NCBI GenBank assembly: GCA_964016885.1
Contig: OZ024749.1
Coordinates: 41,850,001-41,914,000 of the forward strand
Length of the DNA: 64,000 nt
Direction of reading: 5' to 3'
Source: Eledone cirrhosa
Taxonomy: Eukaryota
The position numbers and the translations under genes were made by a program. Below the pieces are notes generated by a model that was given only the letters and a program-made list of their open reading frames with translations, did no database searches and was not told where the DNA came from. Positions 1-12,400 of this stretch are shown here, in pieces; the first letter of the stretch is position 1; each line of letters starts with the position of its first letter.

Positions 1-519
1 AAGTGGGCACAGAAGAGTTTAAACATTCATTTCAAATGCAGGGATGTGTTGATAATTGTTTACAAATGGTAGGTGATTGAACAATGATGTTCAAAGACAG
101 GAAACTGATAAAATATATTATTAAAAGGAACAACGTAAAATCTGTCGTGTTTTGAGGTCGAACTATTGTTAAAATAAAACAAAAAACTTTCTCCACTTGG
201 AATATTAGGGCAATAATTCCCATTCAGTTGTTTTATATTCTCTAATGCCATGAGAAACAATATTACAGTGAAATATATGAAGGAAAACATTGTACAAGTT
301 AACAAAAATATTTCCATTGACATGGCTGTATTTGGAGTTATACAAGGATATTATTTATTCCTATTTTTTACAATTTCAGAAACTTGGTTGTATTGTAGAC
401 AAAGAAATACAGTGTACAACTCAACAAGTAGACAATGCCAGTCACTAATAAACACCACTGTTAACACAATAGGTGATGGTAAGGACAGTGGTTAGTGATG
501 GTGATGATGTAAGACTTAC

Positions 520-720
520 CTCCAAATCAGAGTCCTCCAGTGAGGCTCTGTTCAACAATGACATAATAGTAGCTACGGGAGGACTGTAGTAGGCATGTCG
601 GACCGTCCCCAGAGCCATCAGACAGTGATATTGTTCCTTACGGCGTTTACTTGTCATTTGGTGAGGGAACTGCTGTAGTAATGCAGTTTCAATACACTGC
701 AACAGTGATACCTGGATGTC
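520..720 (-). CDS. PELP1: PELP1-like exon (DIQVSLLQCIETALLQQFPHQMTSKRRKEQYHCLMALGTVRHAYYSPPVATIMSLLNRASLEDSDLE)
   Basis: TTCCAG / GTAAGT; 201 bp, phase 0-0. Confidence 0.9.
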
Positions 721-2940
721 CTGGAAATGAAAAAGTCACCATTAGTGATATCACAGTCTTTTACTAGCTTGTTACTAGGCTGTGGCCATGCTGAAGCAAC
801 AGTTTTTCAATCATATCCCTTTGTCAAACTGCTAACTCATACTAATGTTAAGGTATTGTTCTCAAAATAAATAACATCAAAATCTTGTAGATTCGATATT
901 ATGAGATAATTATGTAAGATAAAGACTTTACCACAAAAATACAATAGTATATATAGAGTAATGTAAATGATAAAGGGTTAAGGTGGTGCTCCAGCATGTT
1001 CACAGTCAAAGAATAAGATGTGAAATGTCAAATTTGCTAAAACAATATGTATGCTAATCAGCAGTAGTAGCAGCAGTATGTCCATTCACTACACTGTACT
1101 ACTACTAGCATCATTGTTCTAATAATTTCACCATTTTGGTCAAAACAAATTACAACAGTAACCACTACAACTAATAGTACTGCTGCTATGGTTGATACTG
1201 AAACAACTTACATTTAAGAATTTAGCATTAATCCTTGGTCCTGTGGTAAGGATTATCCAACGCAGAGCTGTAAAAGAAATGAGAGAAGTTTAGTAACTTT
1301 GAATATAAGGTGAAATTAAGGATAAATATTGGATTATAGAACAATTTAGCATTTACATTACTCTATATTTACAATCGTTTTCACAGTAAAGGCTTTGCCT
1401 CACATAATATCGAATCTATGAGATTTTGATATTCATTTTGAGGACAATACCTTAGCATCAGTATGGGCAGCTAGTTACAACAGAAAGAGGTAAGAGATTC
1501 TGGCCAGATACAGCCAGTTTAAATGCTAAAGGGTTAAGGTGTCTTTCATGTACTGAGGCTAGATATTCAGGTGACCACATCTTTCTTATACAATCTGTTT
1601 TGGACTTGTTTTTCTATGGCTGCATGCCTTTCCTAATGCCAACCACCTTCCAGTTTTGTGTTGTAGAACCATGAATGGTTTCATGTGGTTTGGTATCAAA
1701 ACAGTTAACTGAACTACAAGGGCAATGTAGGAGAGTTCATGTGGGAACAAGGTGCGACTGTATCAGGGAAGACAGAATCAGGGAGACATAGTGGGAACAA
1801 GGTGAAACTAAATCAGGACAGATAAACTTTGTGGGAATAAGGTGAGGCTAAATCAACTAAAAATCAAAACACTGACCTGTAAGAGCTTTGACTGCTAAAT
1901 CTCCTTCTGGTGTGTTTTGACTTTTCATTGGAATTGGTCGGCCTTTTTTGTTGGTGTTGAGGAGCTGATGAAAGGATAGAAAAGAAATATTAGTGTAAAA
2001 GACAGCCCAGATAAATCAGTCTATTTCATAAACAGACAAATAAAACACCAGTCCATTTGAACAACTTTCCATCACAGACAGACTCAACACCACTCCATAA
2101 AAGGAAACAAATAGATAAAAAGATAAATAAGAGAGGAGGATAAAAAAAAAAAATGAAGTTTACAGCTCACAACTATGTAGATTTAGCTGGCCTCCTATCA
2201 GCTTACATTCTATAAGGAGTTTGTTTCTTGGGCATTTTAACGATAGTGGCTCCAGTCTTTAAAAGTCTGTCTCAAGCCCGGAGGCTCATTAGGCTGGTGC
2301 TTCTCTCGGTTTCCTTGGCATTAAGTGACTGAAAGTACAAGACTTGTCACTGGACAGAACACCAGTCCATCGCAGGGTTAAACACCCAGCTGCTGTTGGT
2401 ACTGATTTTCAGCTGAGCTCAGGAACACAACACAACCTGCTCCTGGAATCAAACTCACAATATATATAACACACACATATATATATGTATATTCTTCTAC
2501 TTGTTCATATTTGTCATTGTTGTGGTTATATACTATGGCTATGTACACATGGTTGATTTAATCAGTGTCACCCTTATATAATTTTGCCATGAGACAAGTC
2601 TGGCTGGCCACACTGTGCCTTGCTCAAACGGGACTATTTTGGTTGGGATTTTTACAGCTGGATGCCCTTCCTCACACCAACCAAGGTATATGCTCTATCC
2701 CGCATACAATAATGTTGTTAACTAACACATACATGTATATATATATATGTAGGTAACATGGTAAAAAGCTCCCAGTCCACACTGTAAATGTGGTTGGTGC
2801 TAGGAAGGGCATCCAGCCGTAGAAAACCTGCCAGATAGTCCTATACGAGATAGACACGGTCACCCGACCAATCTTGTCTCAATTGGGACAATTCCCGCCT
2901 AACCCATGCTAGCGTGGAAGATAGACGTTAAACGATGATG

Positions 2941-2993
<53 letters not shown>

Positions 2994-5900
2994 AGTAGAA
3001 CAGAGTGCTACATGTAGTAGTGATTGTCTCCTCACCTTCATAGTTGACTCTTCAATGTTGATATCTCGAAGTATATGACTGATAAGAAATGTAATGAAAC
3101 CCTGTCTATCCACGGCACTCTTCAGAACTTGGAGATAGAGGGCAAGGCAGGAGTAGATCTCAGATTTGGTGTTCCTTGAGAGACGATCAAAATATACAGA
3201 ATTACAAAAACATTGACAATGGCATTATAATCTTACCCTTTTCATACCAAATTACTCGAGACTACCTCTGGTTCTAGGATACAAAGTTTCTATTTCAAAT
3301 ATCTGTTATTGGTTCGGTTTCCTATGGCTGCATTCCCTGCCTAAGGCCAACCACCTTATAGAGTGGACTGGGTGATTTCTGTCATGGCATGAGAACAACT
3401 ATCTTTCAGGGTAGACTGTGCTTTTCTCGTAGCACCAGAACAGCCACCTTACAGGGTGGATTGGGTGCTTTTTGTCATGGCACCAGCACTATTCCCCCAC
3501 TTCACAGGATGGATGGCTGTTTTGTCATAGCATCAGGACTACCACCTACAAAGTGGACTAGGTGCTTTTTGTCATAAGACCACCGTACAAAAATCTTCCA
3601 TCATAATTTTGTGTAAGAACATCTTTAAATCTTTTAAGTTATGCTCTAAACACCAGATAAATAATGAGAAAATTATATATATTACTAAATACCACAAAAT
3701 TCTGATGATTTTCCAAATTATTTGAAAATAATTTTATGAGAAATATAGCAATGATCTCTAGCCACTTGCAACTGTCCTGGTTCCAACATATAAATGCCTC
3801 TCATTTTTTAAGTATTTATATTTAAATGAAAACCTTTGTTATAATTTGATGATTTTCTAATCTAAGGGGATGCAAAACAACAACAAAAATAAACAGAAAT
3901 TTCAATATGTTCTTAGTTAAGGAATATGAAATTATCATTGTGACCAGGCAGGTCACATTGCCAGCTATTGTAGCCATGGAAACTGTCAAAAGAGGGCCAC
4001 TGCACTGGTAGCTACACCTACAAGTTAGTAGAGGTGCTTCTACAGTTGCTGCCTATTGTAGAGGAGACTCTGGTAATAGGGGACAATTTGAGATCCTCCG
4101 TGGCTGAACAATGACCTACTAACAACTTATTATTAATGCTATTGGGGAATTTTTCATTGTTATTTTTGTTACATCCTCTGTTTTTGTTTTTTACACGCAG
4201 AAATGCCCATTTGTACCGTCCTGTATTGTCCTGCACTGTCCTTAATGTCTACTTTATGTAAACCCTTGTGGTTAATAAAGAAATCATTATTAATGCTATT
4301 CATGGGCCCTGAACTCCTGATGAAGCCAGAGGGGTGCTGTTGTAACATGCTGGGCATTTAATACCTAGCAGAGCCTATCCCTCTCCAGATCTGAACATGG
4401 CAGATTTCTTTCAGAGAGAGAATGAATAAGAGATATAGAGGAAGAATCGTCCAGTTCTGGCCTGGTCATTATTTATTGATCTTGAAAGAATGAAGGGCAA
4501 AGCTAGCCCCAGTAGGATTTGAACTCAGAACACAGAGAGCCAAAACAAATACTACATGTGCCCTTCATTTCTATGTTCAGTTATGAGAAAAGGGAGTGAT
4601 GGCAATAATGACAACAGATTGAATGGCATACCTGTAAGCTAATGTAGTTGTGTCATTTTTTGAACCAACCGCTTTGTTCAGGAACTTTGTGAACAAGTCG
4701 TTAACTATGAGAGTGAACGGTGCCAACAGACTTCGGATACTGTAAAAGATAAGAGAAATATATTCTGTAGAAACATAATTTATGCCAACAGTCCTATGAC
4801 AATGGTTGAAGAATGGTACAGAAATTGAGGTAATTATCATCATCATCATTTTACGTCTGCTTTTCCCTGCTTGCAAGGGTGGGACGTGTCCTATTCAGCA
4901 CAGCATCTCTCCACTTGTCATCTCCTCCGTGAGCTCCAGCAATCTGAGGTCTGCTCTCACCACCTCCGGCCATGTTTTTCGTGGTCTTCCTCTACTGCGT
5001 CTTCCATCTACTGGCCTTTCTTGGCACTTCTTTACCCAGCGGTCATCCTCCATACCAATGCAGTCTTCTCTCCCGCACACTACAGCTTATCCCTCTTAAA
5101 TACAGTTTCTCTCTCAACTCATCCATGCTTGGTCGTTCACATAATGAGATTTATATATATATGATATATACACACACACGAGGGTTGGCTGTGAAGTTCA
5201 TAGGCTAACTATGAAAGAGTGATGTTAGAGCTGTGTAATCTTGCATGCAATAATTTCAACTTTTATTAATAACTGTATTATTTATTCCCAGAGACTATGT
5301 TGAAAAATAAACTTCATTTGGTCAGCCTATGAACTTTTCAGCTGACCCTCATAGATATATATATATACCTTGCTCAAACAGAACTGTATTTTGACTGGAA
5401 TTTGTTTACAGCTGGATGCCCTCCCTATCACCAACCACTTTACAGAGTGTATTGCATGAAGTCAAATGTCTAACCACAACAGTAGACATAAAACTGATAA
5501 CATGCAGAATGTTTAACCCATTGGCATTTAAACCAGCCATATCTGGCCAGAATTCTCTCACCCCTTCCTGTTCAAACCAGCTGTAACCTGCCACTCATAC
5601 TGATGTTAAGGTAATGTTCTCAAAATAAATAATATCAAAATCTCATAGATTTGATATTATGTGAGATAATTATGTGAGGTAAAGCCTTTACCATGAAAAT
5701 ATAATAGTAAATATAGAGTAATGTAAATCCTAAAAGGTTAAAATGTTTCAAATTGTAAGACAAGAGACTTACTGTTTGATGAGACAGGATAATAAGACAG
5801 TGGCCTGTTGTATCAGGACTGGTTGGTAGGAGATGTATAGTTCTTTACGGAGGGACTGCATAGACTGGAAATAAGAGAGAGGGGACATAAAGAGAAGGTA

Positions 5901-6438
5901 TTTTGGTGAAACATTTACTTTGACAAAATTGGTACAAAGACAATATAACGAAAACAAAACAAAAAGAAGACAACTACCACAAATGAAGCGAAATGAGGAT
6001 CGGCTGAAAAATTCACAAAACAATTACGAAGGAATGATGCTTGAACTGTGAAATCTTGCATGCATTCATTTCAACTCTTATTAATATCTGCATTGTTTCG
6101 TTCTAGGGACTATGTTGAAAAAGAAACCTCCTTTGGTTATTCCATGAGGGTATCTTGGTCAGCCTATGAACCATTCAGCCGACCCATGTATGTGTCATCT
6201 AATGAAAGGTTTAATAGAGGTAACTTCTACAGATGTAGTTTACAAGGATATATATTCATGTATGTATGACCCTGTAACTCCTGATGGAGTGCTATTTTGG
6301 AAAAGCAATTGTATAATGATGGTGATTATATACACATAAAAACATCACCATCAGTAAATATAGTAACACACACACACATATATATATCCATTTAATCCAT
6401 GCAAGTGTGGAAAAATAGACATTAAACAGTGATGATGA

Positions 6439-6474
<36 letters not shown>

Positions 6475-9400
6475 TGATCATTTTTTAACGTCCATTTTCC
6501 ATGCTAGAATATATATATATATATACATATAGTAACATAATAAACATTCGTAAATGTAATACCTTCTTTGAGCCAATGTCGATGAATCTGTGAAAAAGTT
6601 GGAGTATTCCGAGGATATTAAATCGGAAAGTATCGGAAGCTTTCACAGCTGGTTTACTGGAGTAAAATATATAATAGAAACAAAGTCACTCATAGTGGAC
6701 ATGTGGGGTAAAAATAAATATTTAACACTTTGATACCAACCAACCAACCAACCTAAAACCACCTCTGGTTCTCTGACTCAAAACCACTCATTTTAAAGGG
6801 CTTTTATTTCAAATTAAAAATCCAACATAATTTGATATAAGAACCATGTTAAATTTTGTTACAAATACCATCTTATTAATAGACTAATCAATTCCTAATT
6901 GAAATAAATTCAAAAAATGGTAAAAAATATAGATTGAACATTTTAACAAAAAAAACCTAAACCCTACTTGATGTTAATTATGTTATCTATAGAGGCCTGG
7001 GTGATGCTCTCCCTAATTAACCCTCTTTATATTTAAATTTTCTGAAACCACCCCTGGTTCTATGATAGATAACTGTTTATATATATATCTAAACACCTTC
7101 CATCATAGTGTTATGTAAGAACCTTTGCCAAGTTATGTTTGAAACATGAGCTTAATAATAATAAGAAAGTTATTTTATTAAATCCTTCCAAATTCTTCAT
7201 TATAACCAAAATTATAGAGCAGAGTCTTTCATTAGAAATATAACGAACCTTCCATTATAATCTTAACCTTTGTCAACTTATGTATCCAACAAGAGCTTAA
7301 TAATGAGAAAGTTAGTTATTTTATTAAATCCCTCCAAATTCTTGATTATTTTCACAATTATTTGAAAATCATAGGCTGAGTCTTTCATTAGAAATATAGT
7401 AACAAAGGGTTGAACAGTACAAAAACAGTATGTGTTACTTACTTGATCAGATTATCTATACAAGACATTCCAAATCTAATTTTATAAATCAGTGCTGTGG
7501 TTCTTTTTGGTTCCTCAAACTCGGAAATAGTCTTTGAAAAATTGGTCAACATGGTTGTCATGGTGTTGTCCAAAACTAAAGGTTGGAAATCTATGAAGGA
7601 AATACAGTTTATTTACATACTGTCAGACAATAAACTATTAGAGTCATGATTCTAATGATAATAATTAGTCTAATTTTAATCAATAAAATAATGGTTTCTG
7701 ATTTAGGCACAAGGCCAACAATCTTGGGGGAGGAGAAAGTCAATTAAATCGACCCTAGAGCATTACTGATACTTTATTTTATAGATGAAAAGTAAAGCTA
7801 ACCTAGTTGAGATTTGAACTCAGAATGTAAAAGGTCATAATTATGTTACAAAGCATGTTATCCGTTGCCCTACCAATACTGCCCAGATTTAATTAAAATA
7901 CACACAACAAGAGTTTTAAGGCAATTTTCTGTGCTAAAATAAGGGTTGGCCACGAGGACCTCATAACAAACTTCATACTCATCACAGGGTCCTTTTTTTT
8001 AAGCAATAATTTACAATCATATATCCTTCCTGGCCCCAACTCTTTTAGTCATCTTTTACGACATGCAGAGATACATAGTAGCTATCGTAAACCAGACACA
8101 CACTGTATTAAGCCTTTAGCATTTAATTACTCTATATATACTATATTTTCACGTTAAAGGCTTTATCTCACATAATATTGAATATATGAAATTTTGATGT
8201 TATTTATTTTGAGAACAATACCTTAACATAAATATGAGCAGCCAGTTATGGCCGGTTTGAACAGAAAGAGGTGAGAGAATTCTGGCCAGATATGGCCAGT
8301 TTAAATGCTAAAGGGTTAAAATACAGCCACAGAGTAATGTTAAAATATGAATATCTCCAAACCTGGGTCTCCTTCTTCTACAATGAGGTTAAGTAAGTGA
8401 TGGATGTTGGTGACATGCCACTCAATATTGGTAAATTCAGACTTGATACTGGAACGGTGCTCCACAGTTGACACTAGCTGAGCAATGTGCTAAATATAAA
8501 GTATATATATATATATATAAATAGTGGAAAACTGGGGGAAGAGACAGTGTTGGAGTGAAGAAGATTTGGAGGTGGATAGTGTAGATGGGAAATGGTGCTG
8601 GTGGGAGTGTGTAGTACAATATTGGTGGGAGATAGTCTTGGATGTGGGGAATGTTTTACAGCCATCAGAAATGTGATGGTTGCTTATACATCATATGAAA
8701 CATATAGACAGTGTATTTCACTAGAAATATGGTAGTGAAACGGTTAAAGACAGAGACAGTGTCTTCCACTAGAAATATGGTAGTGAAAGGGTTAATGACA
8801 GAGACAGTGTCTTTCATTAGAAATATAGTAACAACAGGTTTAATGTGTCTCTGTAAGGAGAGAGCACAAACATTTTCACTTTGAAAGATAAAACTGAAGT
8901 ACTGAAAAAGAGAGCAACATACCTTAGCTGGAATGTTCTGGAGAAAAAGTTTATTGATCCAGTCTTCACCAACTTGATGCTAAAGAAACAGGCATGAAAT
9001 ACAAGAGAAACATTTTAAAATCTAAATAGAACAGGCACAGATATTGTATCCTTCCATAAAATAGCAACATTACACCCAGCCATCCTAAAATAGATACAAT
9101 GAACTCACCTTAAAAAGATCAGCAGATTGAGGGAACTTTTCAACACAGTAGGTCAAACTCTGTATTGATTGATTAGGACACTGAAAATGAGAAAGAAAAA
9201 GAAATTGAGATGGAATAATGAATATTGAACCACAAACCTTGCCTCCTGTTATTGTGTAAACACATTATTTTGATGGTTTAACCACTCTGATACTAAACTG
9301 CCCCTGGTTTTGTGATAAAAAGCCGTTTGTTTTAAAGTTTTTATATTTATCTAGAAAACCTTCCATCAGTATTTTATATGAGAACCTTAGTTATGTTCGG

Positions 9401-12400
9401 AACACCAGCTTAATAATAATGAGAAAGTTATATTACAAAATCACTCTCAAGTTCTTGATTATTTTCCAAATTATTTGAAAATCACAGGCAATGCCTTTCA
9501 TTAGAAATATGGCAATGAAGGGGTTTAAGGACAAAGGTAATGTCTTTCATTAGAAATATGATAATGAAAGGGTTAATACTTACACAAGTAATGTTTGACA
9601 GACACATGTGGATGAAGGAGTTGAGGAAAGGAGTATCAAAATACTTGGAGAGGTTTTTCTTGTCTGATATATGGCGTAGCAGCATACAGAAGGTGTGGAA
9701 ACTCATCATTCTGACCTCGAGAGGCTGATGGGGCTGCAATAGAAACAATAACAATAATGAAGGCCACCACATCATCATCACTGTTTAATGTCTATTTTCC
9801 ATGCTTGTATAGGATAGACAGGTTATGAAGCTAGACTAGGGCTGGATGCCTTAAGGTTAACCACATTACAGCGTGTACTGGAAGTTTTTTTTACTTGGCA
9901 CTGGCACAACCACTTTGCAAGATAAATTGGTTGCCTTTTGTTGGAGTACTATCACAAGTACCTCACAAAGTGGATTAGTGCTCTTTGTCATGGTACCAGC
10001 ACAACCAATTCAAAGGGTGAGTTGGGTACCTCTTGCTGAGGCACCAACATGACTATCTCACAGGATGTTCTTTTGTTATGGTAGTTGTGGTTGTAATAGT
10101 CACAGCAATAGTAGCTGTAGCCAACCCACAAGTAGTAATAGAGTAATATTTTGAAGCTAAAGAAAGAAGCCATAAATACTCACTTTGAGGAAAGACAATG
10201 TTTTTTCCAGCCAGTATTTGGCATGGTCTGACTGGATATCGCTGTTGCACTGACATGCAGCACGTTGCAGTAGCAGCAGGCCAAACCATCTGTAATTATA
10301 AACAAGAGATAACATGGTAACTTGTACAAGCATTTGTGTTGGTGTTCACTTCGGAATTGAGCCAGCATTACTAAAAGATGTCACCCATGTACAGCAATTG
10401 TAAACATCTGATGTAGATACTGTCAGCTGGTTACAATTCCAATGACAGGCACCATATATGTGAGGACCTGGCTCAAGTTCTGAATTGATTGAGCCAATCC
10501 ACGTTTTCAACTGTCCACCTCACCGTTTACATCTGGGGAGGGGCTTTAGCATGATTACACCGCAGACGAGTTCCCTTTGTGGGCATCAGGTTGCCTGATC
10601 AAACCAACAAAGGCAAAAGTTATTAAAAGGGAATGTGGACCTTCAGAGTTTGGCACAAAATCCAACATACCAACACAGAAGACACAGTGAAGGCAAATGT
10701 AATAAAAAAAGGTTGTTTCAAAAAATTAGGCAAAGAATTTGAAGGAAGTGTTTTTTTTTTGTTTTAAAATGGTTTTATTTAACCATAAACTTGTTCACAA
10801 GACTTCAGGTAAGAACCCTCTGTTAAGTTATGCTCCAAACAGCAACAACTTCATAATGAAGAAATTAGTTATTCTACTAAATTCCTTCAAATGCTGGATT
10901 GTTTTCAAATTTAACTGAAACACATAGACAGTGTTTTTTGTTAGAATTATGGTCACAAAATGATTATATTATAACTCAGTCTGAGACAGAAGTGTAGCAT
11001 AGTGCCCACAATCCTTTTAGAGCGTCTCTAAGACTGGTGGGAAACAAAAGGTGGAAGAAACTACCAAGTCACACGAGTTGTTAAAGTAAAAATCAGCACA
11101 TCAAACTATGGAGTTATCTCCCCTTATACCAGAGACATGGGCTCAGTACTTGCAGCAATTAGTATATGATATATTGCTAAGAATGTGACTTAAGTAAATC
11201 GAAAGACACCGTCTTCAGTGATATGGCACTACTAATACTAACAATAGAAACTTGTGTAAGAGTTTTATCACCCTTTAAAAACAGGATTATTATAATGTAA
11301 AGATTCTTGATGGAAATTAATGTGGAAGGAAGTAGAGGAAGACCAAAAAATACAAATGATAGGGCAAAACGAAGAAGCTTGTTATGGATTCTGTAATGTT
11401 AACCCCTATTTTGCAGGGATATGGCCTTAACCTTTTAGTTACCAATCCGGCTTTGGTTCTATGAAATAAAATCACCCATTTTAAAGGTTTCTAATTTAAA
11501 TAAAAATCTTCCAACATAATCTTATATAAGAACCTTACATTAAGTTTGTATGTTAGTAATGAAATAATTAATAATTCTAGTAAATCCCTCAAAACTCTTC
11601 ATCAATTAATTAAAATAGAGTGAGTTTCATTAGAAATGCAGTTGTGAAAGGGTTAAAGAAATAAAGTTTTGTATGGGTGTGTAAGTGGGGGGGGGGGGGG
11701 GATACTGATGGAATAGCCATCAAGTCTGGAATCTCTTTGATTATAGACCTAATCTACTGGATCAGGACTGACCTGGGGTTAAACAACAACATGGTTGTGT
11801 CCATTGCGAGTTTCATTAGAAATGCAGTTATGAAAGGGTTAAAATATAATAAACTTACCTGTGTTTTGGTGATTCAAGAAGTGTGTGGATTTCCTTGAAA
11901 ACCTTGTCAAGTGCTGGTGATTTCTGGGGACAAAGAGAATCACAATTAGTTAGAATTTATGAAAGCTGTTGATATGCTCTTTTACCTGTTCCAGCCCATG
12001 GGTCGTAGCCGAGCTGAGGCACCATCATATAGGAGTCATTTTTACAGAAAGGAACCAGTGACAATGTGCTACTATGAAGGAAGCAACAAGAAATAAATTT
12101 TTCATATTTTCCATTTCTTTCCTTGTTGGCATGGGTTGGATGGATCATTATAGTCATAGTCAGGTCTCATTTCTAGAGAAAGAAACCAGGGACAATATGC
12201 AGGAGATACATTTTATTATCATTTTACATCCACGCTGGCATGGATTGGATGGGTTAATATAGTACAATAGAAGTTGGAGGACCACATCACATTTAGTGAG
12301 GTTGTCAGTACTTGAATTAACTAAGGAGTTTTCTCTAACTTACAGTGTCGCTGTTCGATACTTAACCAGTTTACAGAGTGTACTGGGTGCATATTATCAA

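Noticed and set aside
4310-4360. CTGATGA hits at 4317, 16168(-), 45512 and 51085, and CTGAAGA at 23724, as hammerheads
   Set aside because: No correctly placed GAAA..UH or closing helix I
10380-10600. Possible intronic snoRNA in the PELP1-like gene
   Set aside because: Unique, moderately GC-rich sequence, but no convincing C/D or H/ACA box arrangement by eye
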